From contig VGLU01000002.1 in the NCBI GenBank assembly GCA_016882195.1, positions 107,884 through 171,883 of the forward strand: a DNA stretch of 64,000 bases, in the 5' to 3' direction. Position 1 is the stretch's first letter. Every line of letters starts with the position of its first letter. This document shows positions 28,749 to 39,059 of this stretch, piece after piece. Below the pieces are notes generated by a model. It had not been told where the DNA came from. It saw nothing but the letters and a program-made list of their open reading frames with translations, and searched no databases. This DNA comes from Thermoproteota archaeon (GTDB lineage Archaea > Thermoproteota > Methanomethylicia > Methanomethylicales > Methanomethylicaceae). The position numbers were made by a program, and so were the translations under genes.

Positions 28749-29921
28749 ATGACAGGAATCGATTATGAGCTCTCCATTCTCAAGGAATTGGTCACGATAG
28801 ACACCGATGTCACCAAGAAGACGGGGTACTCTGAGTGTGCCTCTCTACTGTCAAATAGAATGCGCGAACTCGACTTGAAGGTGGAGATCTTCGATCCCGT
28901 GGATAAGGTAGGGGATGGAAAACCAAGACCCAACGTCATAGGAACGTTGGATGTGGGAGCAGAAGAGACAATAGGGCTTATCACCCACTATGACGTGGTT
29001 CCCCTAGGGGGCAACTGGACCAAGGATCCATTCAAGCTTACCGTTGAGGGCGATAGGGCATATGGCAGGGGCGCCGCCGACGACAAGAGCGCCATAGCTG
29101 CCTGCCTCGGCGCCATCAACCTCGTCAGGGATACCGCAAGGTTCAACGTCAAGTTGATCGCATCGCCGGAGGAGGAGATCGGGGGCGGATGGGGGATAGG
29201 CTACATCATGGGCGAGGTGGGCTTAAGGTTCAACTTTGGGGTCGTGGTGGATTCCATGCCAAACTTCATCTCCATCGGCGCCAGCGGGGTCTTCTTCGGC
29301 GAGATCAGGGTATTCGGCAAACAGGGGCACGCAGGTTATCTGCACAGAGCAGACAACCCTATACCCAAACTGTCCAGACTCATCACTGCCTTTGATGAGT
29401 TCGCGAGGATGCGGGAACGTAAACTATCCGTGGTGGACGCCCCGCCCGACTCTCCCAAGAAGAAGGTCTGGGGGAGGATTTCCTTTACCATGATGGGAGG
29501 TGGAGAGAAGGAGAACATCATCCCAGGGGAGGCTTGGACAAGGTTTGATATGCGCCTGCTTCCCGACGAGGACCCTGACGAGGCGCGCTTCGAGTTGCTC
29601 GCCTTCTTCGACAAGACGAAGGAGAAGCTCAAGATAGACGCAAAACTCTCCTTCGGCAATTTTAGTGCGGGGTACCTCACAAACCCCTCAGAGCCCTTCG
29701 TCAGGCGTTTTGCAGACGCAACCGCCTCCGTCTTCGGCTCCCCTCTGCCCATCGCCGCCTCCTTGGGAGGGGACGACGGGAAGTTCCTCGCCGACAAAAA
29801 TATCCCGGTCATCAGCTATGGCGCCATAGCCGAGGACTCTCACTTCCACGGGGTCGACGAGTTTGTGCGCCTCAAGGACCTTCAGAACGTGAGAGACGTC
29901 TTCGTCCGCCTCATCGGATAG
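28749..29921 (+). CDS. M20-family metallopeptidase / deacylase (ArgE/DapE-like)
   Basis: HYDVVP, GAADDK and EEEIGG motifs. ATG at 28749; the ORF track begins earlier at 28641 inside the preceding gene. Confidence 0.75.
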   Translation: MTGIDYELSILKELVTIDTDVTKKTGYSECASLLSNRMRELDLKVEIFDPVDKVGDGKPRPNVIGTLDVGAEETIGLITHYDVVPLGGNWTKDPFKLTVEGDRAYGRGAADDKSAIAACLGAINLVRDTARFNVKLIASPEEEIGGGWGIGYIMGEVGLRFNFGVVVDSMPNFISIGASGVFFGEIRVFGKQGHAGYLHRADNPIPKLSRLITAFDEFARMRERKLSVVDAPPDSPKKKVWGRISFTMMGGGEKENIIPGEAWTRFDMRLLPDEDPDEARFELLAFFDKTKEKLKIDAKLSFGNFSAGYLTNPSEPFVRRFADATASVFGSPLPIAASLGGDDGKFLADKNIPVISYGAIAEDSHFHGVDEFVRLKDLQNVRDVFVRLIG

Positions 29922-29952
29922 TTTTTAAACCTCCATCCATTTACCTCCTTTT

Positions 29953-31053
29953 ATGAAACCCTTCCTCGTCATAGCCACGATCAATGAACTCGCCAACCTT
30001 AAGGGGCTGATTGAGGAACTGTGCACCACCTCGACCAAGGTTATAGTCGTAGACGAGGGCGACGAGTCCATCAGGGCTCGGAACGAAAGGATCCTTAAGA
30101 GCGTAAATAGGGCATACTACGGTCCCAGAGAGAGAAGGGAGTGGTTCAGGGAAAGGTTTGGTAAAAACTACGAGAAGTTCCTATCGGTAATTCCTGAAAG
30201 GGCGCACGCAGAGACGAGCTTCGGCTTCCTTGTTGCCTATGAGGAGGGCGCAGACTTCATTATCGAGCTTGATGATGATGTTTTTATGAAAGGCCTAATC
30301 GAAGGTCACAGGTTCAACCTATTCGGCGAGACTGGAGAGACGGTCTCTTCAGGGTCAAGATGGTACAATACCATGGACGCCATTGCTCTGAACGAGAAAG
30401 GCAGGTTCTTCCCGAGGGGGCATCCGTACTCTCCCGAGACCAGGGTCGAGGACTACAAGTGGAGCAAAACAGGTGGCAGATGCGTACTCAATATGGGGCA
30501 CTGGATAGGCAACCCAGACTTCGACGCCCTGACAGTCCTGTACCACGGCGGTCTCGATGGCAGATGTCACATTAAGGGAACCAAGCTAAAGCAAGACAAG
30601 GTGATCCTCGGCAAGGGGACGTACTTTGCCGTCTGTAGCATGAATGCAGCCTTTATACCAAAGGCGGTTCCTGCCTTCTACCAGCTCTACATGAACACGA
30701 TGGGCGTAGACCGGTTCGACGACATATGGTCGGGAATATTCCTGAAGAGGGTGGCGGACCATCTGGGCGACAGAGTATGCCTCGGTAGACCTGTCGGCAT
30801 CCACGACAAGAGACCAAGGAGCATCTTCAAGGACCTGAAGAAGGAGATGGATGGAATGATAATGAACGAAACGGTCTGGCGAATGATGGAAGGTGACATT
30901 GAGGGCACCTCCTACTCCGACGCTTACCTCTCTCTTACACACCTCCTGGAGACTGGAGCCGCGAAACTTGATGACGAAAATTACCGGCGGTTTCTCAGAC
31001 TACAGGTAGAGAAGATGCGTCTCTGGGTCGAGGCAGTGTCCACTATAGGATGA
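29953..31053 (+). CDS. RGP / UDP-L-arabinopyranose mutase (GT75) family protein
   Basis: Collinear motif matches to plant reversibly glycosylated polypeptide, recalled from memory: VIVVDEGDES ~ IIVQDGDPS, IIELDDDVF ~ FTIDDDCFV, FFPRGHPYS ~ FVRGYPFS, RFDDIWSGIF..DHLG ~ RYDDMWAGWC..DHLG. Confidence 0.65.
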   Translation: MKPFLVIATINELANLKGLIEELCTTSTKVIVVDEGDESIRARNERILKSVNRAYYGPRERREWFRERFGKNYEKFLSVIPERAHAETSFGFLVAYEEGADFIIELDDDVFMKGLIEGHRFNLFGETGETVSSGSRWYNTMDAIALNEKGRFFPRGHPYSPETRVEDYKWSKTGGRCVLNMGHWIGNPDFDALTVLYHGGLDGRCHIKGTKLKQDKVILGKGTYFAVCSMNAAFIPKAVPAFYQLYMNTMGVDRFDDIWSGIFLKRVADHLGDRVCLGRPVGIHDKRPRSIFKDLKKEMDGMIMNETVWRMMEGDIEGTSYSDAYLSLTHLLETGAAKLDDENYRRFLRLQVEKMRLWVEAVSTIG

Positions 31054-31531
31054 GCCCGAAACCTAGGACCGCCACGGTCACTATTACAGCTACCCCCAGT
31101 ACACCAAGGACAATTGCGGCAAATGCCCTCTTGATCTCCATGCCAAAAAGGTACGCTATGACGCTGCTGGTCCACGCCCCTGTACCGAGGATGGGCACCG
31201 CAACAAATATCACCAAGCCCCAGAAACCGTACCTGTCAACCTGGGACTTAGACTTCTTTGAGAGACTGAGAATATACCTCACAAATGCCCTCTTCACGGG
31301 GTTTTCGTCTTTTCTCCTCATTATCCATCCTTCGATCTTGCTCAGAAAGATCAACAGGAAGGGCACAGGCAATATGTTGCCAAGGAGCGACACCAGAAAG
31401 ACCGTTGGCACATCAATGCCTGCAAAGATCCCATACGGTATAGATCCCCTACACTCCAAAATTGGCGAAATCGCGATCAGCAAGACGTATAGGATCTGGG
31501 GAACGTCCATCTCTTCAGCCTCTCCTGTCAA
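31043..31531 (-). CDS. Small multi-TM membrane protein (Sm_multidrug_ex / COG2426-like)
   Basis: ISPILECRGSIPYG resembles the conserved E-L-R-G-x-I-P segment of that family. Confidence 0.45.
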   Translation of the reverse strand: MTGEAEEMDVPQILYVLLIAISPILECRGSIPYGIFAGIDVPTVFLVSLLGNILPVPFLLIFLSKIEGWIMRRKDENPVKRAFVRYILSLSKKSKSQVDRYGFWGLVIFVAVPILGTGAWTSSVIAYLFGMEIKRAFAAIVLGVLGVAVIVTVAVLGFGLIL

Positions 31532-31605
31532 ATCTGTCTTTTTTTGATAGAGGTAAACCTCTGCCTTTAAAATTATTTATAGAATGCCATACCTAAATAC
31601 TCGCA

Positions 31606-32358
31606 GTGGCGAGAATGAGGGCTATAATACTGGCTGGTGGCTACGCAAAGCGGCTGTGGCCCCTAACCCTTGAACGACCAAAACCGCTATTGCCGATAGG
31701 CGACGGCTACATCCTTGACTTCATAATTGCAAAAATTAAAGCCATCGAAGAGATCAAGGATATTATTATATCTACCAACAAGCGGTTTGAGGGCAAGTTT
31801 ATCGAATGGGTGAACGAGAGGGGGCATCGCAACATCGCGGTATTCCCCGAACCATCCCTTAAGGAGGAGGAGAAGCTTGGTCCTGTAAAGGCGTTGGATC
31901 TGATTTTGGGGGATGTTGCACCCGATGACTGCCTCATCGCCGCCGGTGACAACCTATTCTCCCTCGACCTAACCAAGATGGTCTACTTTTACACGAAGAT
32001 GAGGTCGCCCGTCATAGCACTCTACGAGGTCGCCAGCCCGGAACTTGCAAAACAGTATGCGTGCGTGGAGCTCGACAAGCAGTCCCGCATAAGGGGTTTC
32101 ACGGAGAAGCCCGCTCAGCCGAGGAGCCTCTTGGCATCTACGGGAATATACCTTCTGCCATGGAGCAGCCTATCAAAAATTAAGGCATACTTGGCGGAGG
32201 GCAATCCGCCTGATCCCATCGGACGATTTATTGGGTGGCTCACAGAGCATGAGCGCGCCTACGGATTCAAGTTCTCGGGCTACTGGTGCGACATAGGTTC
32301 GATGGAGTCCTACAGGTCCGCCCAAGAAGACTTCAAGGGCAGATCATATAGATCCTGA
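31606..32358 (+). CDS. Sugar-1-phosphate nucleotidylyltransferase (NTP_transferase)
   Basis: AIILAGGYAKRLWPLT...KPLLPI signature. Confidence 0.8.
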   Translation: MARMRAIILAGGYAKRLWPLTLERPKPLLPIGDGYILDFIIAKIKAIEEIKDIIISTNKRFEGKFIEWVNERGHRNIAVFPEPSLKEEEKLGPVKALDLILGDVAPDDCLIAAGDNLFSLDLTKMVYFYTKMRSPVIALYEVASPELAKQYACVELDKQSRIRGFTEKPAQPRSLLASTGIYLLPWSSLSKIKAYLAEGNPPDPIGRFIGWLTEHERAYGFKFSGYWCDIGSMESYRSAQEDFKGRSYRS

Positions 32359-32378
32359 TAAAACAGGCAAGCAAATAT

Positions 32379-33368
32379 CTAGCAGCAAGACTGTCGCGAG
32401 TGTTTTCTCTCCCCGCCAATGGGTCCGATCTTCTCCTCGAACCACTCTAAGGTTCTGAGCAGCCCTTCCCTTATGCCCGTCTTCGCCCTCCATCCAAGTT
32501 CTCGCTCTGCCTTGCTGACATCCGGCTGGGTCAGTTCCATGTCGCCAAGCCACGCAACACCACCCCTCGCCGTTACCTCCACACCCCTCAGACCAAGGAT
32601 GCCGAGCATCATCTCCGCCAACTGGAACACGGTATAGGACTCCCCCAAACCGATGTTGTAGGCCTCGCCCTTGCATGCTGCCTTCTCAGGCGCCATCAGG
32701 AGAGCCTCGACTGCGTCGTCTATGTACAGGTAGTCCTTTAACTGATTGCCACTCCCCAACACCTCAAGCCTCCCTGGGTCCCTCAACAGCCTTCTATAAA
32801 GGTCTATCATTACTCCCTTGTTGGTCCCGGGACCATAGATGTTGAAGAGTCGCAGGGTGACGGTTGGCACCCCGAACAACTCGCTATAAACCCTGCAGTA
32901 GTTCTCAGCCGCCATCTTTGACAGCCCGTAGAAGGAGTAGGGCACCAGGGACTCGTCCTCCGGCGTCGGGGTCTTGTTCACCCTCCCGTAGACAGCCGCC
33001 GATGAGGCAAAAACGACCTTACTTCCAGAATCCTTGGCAGCTCTTAAAACGTTTAGAGTTCCCTCTATATTGATCTCCATGTCCAGGTCTGGCCTCTCTG
33101 TTGAAACTGGCACGAGCGACTGTGCTGCTAGGTGATAGATCAGGTTACATCCCTTCGCCGCCTCGCTGACCGCCCTTGCGTCCCTGACATCCCCCTTGAC
33201 GAACTCCACAGCCCCTGTCTTGATCAGTTCTGATATGTTCGAAAGGCTACCTGTTGAGAGATCATCAAGTACCCTGACGAGATCTCCCCTCTCCACGAGG
33301 CGCCCTATTAGTTTTGGACCTATGAACCCTGCCCCCCCAGTCACGAGAACCAGCAATGGCAATGGCAC
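32379..33368 (-). CDS. NAD-dependent nucleotide-sugar epimerase/dehydratase (SDR)
   Basis: [11 protein letters not shown] Rossmann motif, YxxxK region. Confidence 0.8.
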   Translation of the reverse strand: MPLPLLVLVTGGAGFIGPKLIGRLVERGDLVRVLDDLSTGSLSNISELIKTGAVEFVKGDVRDARAVSEAAKGCNLIYHLAAQSLVPVSTERPDLDMEINIEGTLNVLRAAKDSGSKVVFASSAAVYGRVNKTPTPEDESLVPYSFYGLSKMAAENYCRVYSELFGVPTVTLRLFNIYGPGTNKGVMIDLYRRLLRDPGRLEVLGSGNQLKDYLYIDDAVEALLMAPEKAACKGEAYNIGLGESYTVFQLAEMMLGILGLRGVEVTARGGVAWLGDMELTQPDVSKAERELGWRAKTGIREGLLRTLEWFEEKIGPIGGERKHSRQSCC

Positions 33369-33551
33369 CTATCCAATAAGAGATGGGAGGGGGGCGGTAT
33401 TAATAATGTTACGGTCTTGGCGTTATCGGCTATCTGAGGGCTGGAACGCCATCCATTAAATGAGCGCTCAAAACTCGATATCTGCGAGCGTTGCCCTTTT
33501 ATAAGTTAAAGATAACCTTTAATTAGGCAAGCATTAAATCTTAAACAAAAA

Positions 33552-34742
33552 TTGCAGAAAGGATCTAACTTGAGATACTTCACGAGCCCATACAACTTTC
33601 TCCAGCAGGAGTGTAGGAGGGTCAAGATCTATGATACTACGCTCAGAGACGGTGAGCAGACCCCAGGCGTAAAGTTCACCAAAGAGCAGAAGGTACAGAT
33701 CGCCAAGAAGCTTGACGAGCTGGGGGTGAACACCATTGAGGCAGGCTTCCCAGTGATCTCTCCCTTTGATGAGGAGGCCGTTAAGGCCGTTGCATCTGAA
33801 CGCCTCAGCGCCGACGTTATCTGCCTCTGTCGATCGAAGCAGAAGGACATAGACGCTGCGCTGAGGGCTGACGTTGATGGTGTTATAATATTCCTCGCGG
33901 TTTCTGATCTGCACCTAAAGTATAAACTCCACACGGATCTGATGAGCGCTGTAAATATGGCGGCAGAGTCCATCACGTACGCCAAGAGTCATGGGCTCTT
34001 CGTGCAGCTCTCGGCCGAGGACGCAACAAGGACCTCCATGGATTCTCTGACCGCCCTCTACAGCGCTGCCGAGGAGAGGGGGGCGGACAGGCTGGGCATA
34101 GCGGACACCACCGGCTGCATAAGGCCGAGAGGAATGTATTACTTGGTAGAGTCTCTAAGGAAGATCTTTGATCTGGAGCTCTCCGTACACTGCCACGATG
34201 ACTTCGGTCTAGCCGTGGCGAACTCCCTTGCAGCCTACGAGGCCGGCATCGATGCGATCTCGGTCTCGGTCAACGGTCTCGGGGAGAGGTGTGGGAATGC
34301 CTCTCTGGAGGAGGTGGTGATGTCCCTCTACGCTTTATACGGGGTGGATCTCAAGTTCAGAATCAAGGCGTTAAGGGAACTCTCCGAAATGGTGTCCCGA
34401 TTCTCCGGCGTCCCAATACCAATCAACAAGGCGGTAGTAGGAACAAACGCCTTTAGGCACGAGTCAGGCATACACGTTGCTGCCATAATGAAGAACCCGT
34501 TTACCTACGAATCCTATGAGCCACAGCTGGTTGGGCAGGAGAGGGCATTGGTGTTCGGCAGGCACTCTGGAACAGATGGTGTAAGGCTGAAGATCGAATC
34601 CCTCGGCTACAAGGTTACCGATGAGGAACTTGCCGAAATAATCAAGAGATTAAAAACATTGCCAATAGATGCCCCCATTATAGACAACAGTAGTCTCTGC
34701 AACTTCGTAAAGAAGGTGCTCTCTGAGAGGACTCAAAGGTGA
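33552..34742 (+). CDS. Short 2-oxoacid:acetyl-CoA condensing enzyme (homocitrate/citramalate/isopropylmalate synthase family, AksA/NifV-like, no regulatory domain)
   Basis: VKIYDTTLRDGEQTPGV and HCHDDFGLAVANSLAA DRE-TIM motifs. 396 aa, which is too short for LeuA. TTG start per the ORF track. Confidence 0.75.
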   Translation: MQKGSNLRYFTSPYNFLQQECRRVKIYDTTLRDGEQTPGVKFTKEQKVQIAKKLDELGVNTIEAGFPVISPFDEEAVKAVASERLSADVICLCRSKQKDIDAALRADVDGVIIFLAVSDLHLKYKLHTDLMSAVNMAAESITYAKSHGLFVQLSAEDATRTSMDSLTALYSAAEERGADRLGIADTTGCIRPRGMYYLVESLRKIFDLELSVHCHDDFGLAVANSLAAYEAGIDAISVSVNGLGERCGNASLEEVVMSLYALYGVDLKFRIKALRELSEMVSRFSGVPIPINKAVVGTNAFRHESGIHVAAIMKNPFTYESYEPQLVGQERALVFGRHSGTDGVRLKIESLGYKVTDEELAEIIKRLKTLPIDAPIIDNSSLCNFVKKVLSERTQR

Positions 34743-35569
34743 GCAACAACCTCTACTCCCTGGCAACATCTAATAGAGCAAAGGTGGCCATAGGGGTCGA
34801 CTCAAAACTGCCATCCGCAGAGATGGTCATTAACTCCGCCCTCTTTGCCAGGAGGGAGGGCTATGCAGAGCCCGTGCTGATTTCCGACGGAAAGATAAGC
34901 GACGTTCTCTCGCCCGGTGGGATCGTTGGTAATGAGATACCACTCATAATAGACAAAACTCCGGAGAGGACCTTCGTGGAACTCTTGAAGGAGGGTGCTG
35001 TGGACGTCGCCGTCAGGGGGAACCTCGGCTCCAGAATACTCATCCCGCTACTTCGCTCAGAGTTCAAATGTAAGAACCTATGCCGCGTGACGATTCTCGA
35101 TGTTGGTGGCAGGCTTGTAATGCTAGCCCCCGTGGGGATAGAGGAGGGAGACTCACTGGAGGACCTGCTGACAATAGCCAGGCACTGCATGTGGCTTGCT
35201 GTAAAATTAGGCATTCCGTATAAGATAGCGGTTCTCTCGGGCGGCAGGATCGAGGATAAGGGACGCAGCAAGAAGGTTGACAGAATGCTCTCCACGTCGG
35301 CTTTGCTGACGCGTACCCTTAGGAAAAAGGGAATGGACGCAGAGAACTTCGGCATTGAGCTGGAGAGGGGTGTGGATGGCGACGCCACTCTGCTCTTAGC
35401 CCCAGATGGCATCCTCGGGAACATTATCTTCAGATCCCTCGTTCTTGTGGCAAACGTGGAGAGCTTCGGTGCCTATGCTGCGGCACTTCCAAGGGTTTAT
35501 ATCGACACCTCAAGGGCAAAGGCCAGTTACTTATTACCGATAATCCTTGCCAGCGCGCTCAGTAAATAA
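34739..35569 (+). CDS. PTA/PTB (phosphate acyltransferase fold)-like protein, function unknown
   Basis: VAIGVDSKLPSAEMVINSALFARREGYAEPVLISDG resembles the N-terminus of phosphotransacetylase-family proteins. Confidence 0.4.
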   Translation: MSNNLYSLATSNRAKVAIGVDSKLPSAEMVINSALFARREGYAEPVLISDGKISDVLSPGGIVGNEIPLIIDKTPERTFVELLKEGAVDVAVRGNLGSRILIPLLRSEFKCKNLCRVTILDVGGRLVMLAPVGIEEGDSLEDLLTIARHCMWLAVKLGIPYKIAVLSGGRIEDKGRSKKVDRMLSTSALLTRTLRKKGMDAENFGIELERGVDGDATLLLAPDGILGNIIFRSLVLVANVESFGAYAAALPRVYIDTSRAKASYLLPIILASALSK

Positions 35570-35676
35570 CTGGCGATTGAGCGCTAGAACAGATTTCTGG
35601 CAATAACATTGAAAAGGGATCATGCTCTACGACAACTAAAAATATTCGCCCACCTTGTTAATAAGATGAGGTTCCA

Positions 35677-36915
35677 ATGTTGGGCAGCACTGCCGTAGAG
35701 AAGATCATCGCCAACGCTGTCGGTCGGAGGGTCCGCGTGGGGGAGTTCGTTGAGGTCCCCGTGGACTTCTCATACTTCCACGACGGAACGGGTCCGTTGA
35801 TCATCGACGCACTCAAGAGGATGGGCGTTGAGAAGATCAAGGATCCAGACAGGGTGGGTATAGTTTTTGACCACTCGGTGCCCCCCTACAGCGACCAGGC
35901 GGCAACGCTCCAGGCAAAGGTGAGGAAGTTCGCAAGGGATCAGGGCATACCAAAGTTCCACGACTTAGGGGAGGGGATCTGCCACCAAGTCGTACCAGAG
36001 ATGGGATACGTCTCACCGGGCATGGTAGTTATAGGGGCGGACTCGCACAGCTGCACGCTCGGATGCTTCGGTCTCTTCTCAACGGGGGTCGGAGCCACCG
36101 ACCTTGCCTACATATTGGCAACGGGAAGGATCTGGCTGAAGGTTCCCGAGACCCTTGGGATAGACTGCAAAGGAAGGCTGAGCGGGAAGGTCTCGTCCAA
36201 GGACCTCATACTTGAGATAGTGCGAATGGTGGGAACCGATGGCGCAACCTACAAGGCGCTCGAGTTCTCCGGAGCGGCAGTCAGACATATGTCCCAGTCC
36301 TCTAGGATGACCGTGTCCAACATGGCGGTGGAGATGGGGGCAAAGACGGGGTTCATAGAGGCCGACTTGAAGACCTTTGAGTTTCTGGGGAGGGAGGGGA
36401 AGACCTTCAGGACCGATACCAAAGTGGAGAGGATAAGGGTGGACGCGGGGTCCCTCGAACCAAAGGTCGCATGCCCCGGCAGTGTTGCGAACGTGAAACC
36501 CGTCTATGAGGTTGAGGGCACCCACATCGACCAAGCGTTCTTGGGCTCCTGCACCAACGGAAGGTACGAGGATCTGTTCGAGGCCGCAAAGATTGTAAGG
36601 GGAAGGAAGGTTCACAGGGATACGCGCTTCATAGTGATCCCGGCGTCCAAGTCCACCTACCTGAAGGCTCAGAAGGACGGTCTAATGGACATATTCTTGA
36701 AAGCCGGGGCCATAATAGGCGTCACGGGCTGCGGACCGTGCCTTGGGGTCCACATGGGTGTTCTTGGCGATAATGAGGTATGCATCTCAACGTCGAACAG
36801 GAACTTCATCGGAAGGATGGGTAGCGTCAAGTCCTCGGTCTACCTGGCATCGGCGCAGACCGTGGCTGCCTCCGCGGTTGAGGGCAGGATCACCGACCCA
36901 AGGAGGTTCTCTTAA
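35677..36915 (+). CDS. 3-isopropylmalate/homoaconitate dehydratase large subunit (LeuC/HacA-like)
   Basis: Aconitase-family motifs with Fe-S cysteines ([25 protein letters not shown]). Confidence 0.8.
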   Translation: MLGSTAVEKIIANAVGRRVRVGEFVEVPVDFSYFHDGTGPLIIDALKRMGVEKIKDPDRVGIVFDHSVPPYSDQAATLQAKVRKFARDQGIPKFHDLGEGICHQVVPEMGYVSPGMVVIGADSHSCTLGCFGLFSTGVGATDLAYILATGRIWLKVPETLGIDCKGRLSGKVSSKDLILEIVRMVGTDGATYKALEFSGAAVRHMSQSSRMTVSNMAVEMGAKTGFIEADLKTFEFLGREGKTFRTDTKVERIRVDAGSLEPKVACPGSVANVKPVYEVEGTHIDQAFLGSCTNGRYEDLFEAAKIVRGRKVHRDTRFIVIPASKSTYLKAQKDGLMDIFLKAGAIIGVTGCGPCLGVHMGVLGDNEVCISTSNRNFIGRMGSVKSSVYLASAQTVAASAVEGRITDPRRFS

Positions 36916-37400
36916 TGATAAAGGGAAGTGTATGGAAGTTCGGGGACGATGTGGATACCGACGTGATAATACCCGCGAAGTACCTGCGGTCGGTTGATCA
37001 GACGGTCTGGCCGAAGCACCTCCTCGAGGGGCTGGATCCGACATTCAGCTCCAAGGTTAAGACAGGGAACATAATCGTCGCTGGCAGGAACTTCGGCTGC
37101 GGATCCAGCAGGGAGCAGGCCGCGCTCGCCATAAAGTGGGCGGGGGTCTCCGCCGTCGTTGCAGAATCCTTCGCCAGGATATTCTTCCGGAATGCGATAA
37201 ACAACGGGCTGCCTTTGGTAGAGTGCAAGGGCATAAGCAAGGCCGTTGACGAGGGGGACGTCATAGAGATAGACCTCGACAGCGGCAATGTAAAAACAAA
37301 GAAGGGCATCCTAAGATCATCGCCGCTCCCTCCCTTCCTCAAGGAGATACTGAAGAGCGGCGGTCTGGTGGAGTATTACAAAGCAAAGAGGGCGGTGTGA
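36915..37400 (+). CDS. 3-isopropylmalate/homoaconitate dehydratase small subunit (LeuD/HacB-like)
   Basis: 161-aa aconitase swivel domain ([26 protein letters not shown]). Start overlaps the leuC-like stop. Confidence 0.8.
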   Translation: MIKGSVWKFGDDVDTDVIIPAKYLRSVDQTVWPKHLLEGLDPTFSSKVKTGNIIVAGRNFGCGSSREQAALAIKWAGVSAVVAESFARIFFRNAINNGLPLVECKGISKAVDEGDVIEIDLDSGNVKTKKGILRSSPLPPFLKEILKSGGLVEYYKAKRAV

Positions 37401-39010
37401 CCACTTTGCCAAAATCCGCATCCTCGACCGGCGGCCCTCCGAACACATCCGAGGTCGTAGTGAAGGCCCTCGAGAGGTTCGGCATTGGGGTGGCCTTCGG
37501 TATGCCAGGGATGTGGTCCCTTCCGCTATATGATGCGCTCTCCACCTCAAAGATAAGGCACATCCTAGTCAGGCATGAGCAGTTTGCGGTCTATGCCGCA
37601 GATGGATACGCGAGGGTCTCTGGAAAACCTGGCTTTTGCATAGGCACCGCAGGTCCTGGCGCCGTAAACATAGCCGCCGGCATGGCCGTGCCTTACCGCG
37701 ACCACTCTCCAGTGATCGCCGTAACCGGGCAGGTCCCGACCTACGAGCAGGGCAAGGGCTGGATAGAAGATCTGGATCTGCAGGCAATATTCAAGCCGAT
37801 CACGAAGTTTACCGCCCAGGTTACAGATCCTGCGTCCGCCTACGATCTCTTGGCTACCGCCTTCCTTTCATCCGTGGAGGGATGTCCAGGCCCGTCACAC
37901 GTCAGCGTACCTGGAGACGTCCAAAAGTTACCCTCAAGGGCTAAGGATTACATCCCAGTTCCATCAAAGCCCGAGCCAGACCCTGCTACGATCGATCTTG
38001 TAATAGACGCGGTCTCCTCCTCAAGGGTTCCGCTGATCTTGGCGGGGTGGGGGGCGGTCCAGTCGGGCGCCTCTGAGGGCGTAATGAAGCTAGCAGAGGC
38101 CATACGCTCTCCCGTCGCAACCTCGTACATGGGGAGGGGAATAATCCCAGAGGATAGCCGGCTCGCCCTTGGTCCGGCTGGCAGGAGGGGAACCAAGGCT
38201 GCCAATGCCGCTCTGGCCTCCTGTGACCTGCTGATAGCCCTTGGCTGTAGGCTTACCAACCTCACGGTTGACACCGCAATAAACTGCAAGGTGATCCAGG
38301 TGGATGTCGATGATGGGAACTTCTCGGTCCTGGCCTCGATAAAGGTGAGAAGCGACGTCTCCCTCTTCATAGATGCTGTTCTGCCCCGCCTCAAATCAAT
38401 GAGGCGCGCTTCCACCCCTGTGGCTAGACCCGCTGGTGTGGCTAAGGAAGTGGAAGGCAAGGCGCCAGAATTCGCAAGGGCTCTGTCGTCCTTCTCCGAT
38501 GCCATATTCTCGGTGGACATAGGACAGCACACCATATGGCTGATGCAGGCGTTAAAGGTCAAGCGACCCAGGCACGTCCTCTTCTCCGGAAACCTCTCCG
38601 CCATGGGCTACTCCCTGCCCGCTGCCATAGGTGCCAAGGCGGCGTCCCCCAGGAGCAAGGTGATCGTTGTAACGGGCGATGGGGGCTTCCAGATGACCGC
38701 CCCGGAGCTCTCAACCATGAAGGAGAACGGAATAAACGTGGCGGTCTGCGTCTTCAACAACAGATCCCTAGGTCTGATAAGGCAGCTTCAGGAGAGGACG
38801 TACGGAAGATCGCACGGCGTGGACTACTCTGCGCCTCCAGACTACGTCAAGCTGGCGGAGGCCTACGGCGTCATGGGCATCAAGGCGGACTCTCCGTCCG
38901 ACGTGGTAGATGCTCTGCGGGTTGTGGACGAGCCCATTGTCGTGGAGATTCCCATCCCGAGGAAGGAGGGGGTCGAGATGTCAAGACCGAGGACCCTCGA
39001 CAAAGAATGA
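37397..39010 (+). CDS. Thiamine-diphosphate-dependent enzyme, acetolactate-synthase-large-subunit-like (three-domain)
   Basis: N-terminal Pyr domain, central domain and C-terminal [10 protein letters not shown]-binding motif; 537 aa. Confidence 0.75.
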   Translation: MTTLPKSASSTGGPPNTSEVVVKALERFGIGVAFGMPGMWSLPLYDALSTSKIRHILVRHEQFAVYAADGYARVSGKPGFCIGTAGPGAVNIAAGMAVPYRDHSPVIAVTGQVPTYEQGKGWIEDLDLQAIFKPITKFTAQVTDPASAYDLLATAFLSSVEGCPGPSHVSVPGDVQKLPSRAKDYIPVPSKPEPDPATIDLVIDAVSSSRVPLILAGWGAVQSGASEGVMKLAEAIRSPVATSYMGRGIIPEDSRLALGPAGRRGTKAANAALASCDLLIALGCRLTNLTVDTAINCKVIQVDVDDGNFSVLASIKVRSDVSLFIDAVLPRLKSMRRASTPVARPAGVAKEVEGKAPEFARALSSFSDAIFSVDIGQHTIWLMQALKVKRPRHVLFSGNLSAMGYSLPAAIGAKAASPRSKVIVVTGDGGFQMTAPELSTMKENGINVAVCVFNNRSLGLIRQLQERTYGRSHGVDYSAPPDYVKLAEAYGVMGIKADSPSDVVDALRVVDEPIVVEIPIPRKEGVEMSRPRTLDKE

Positions 39011-39059
39011 TAATTAATATGAGAAGCCACAAAACTAAACAAGCGGGGGCCTTCCTTCC

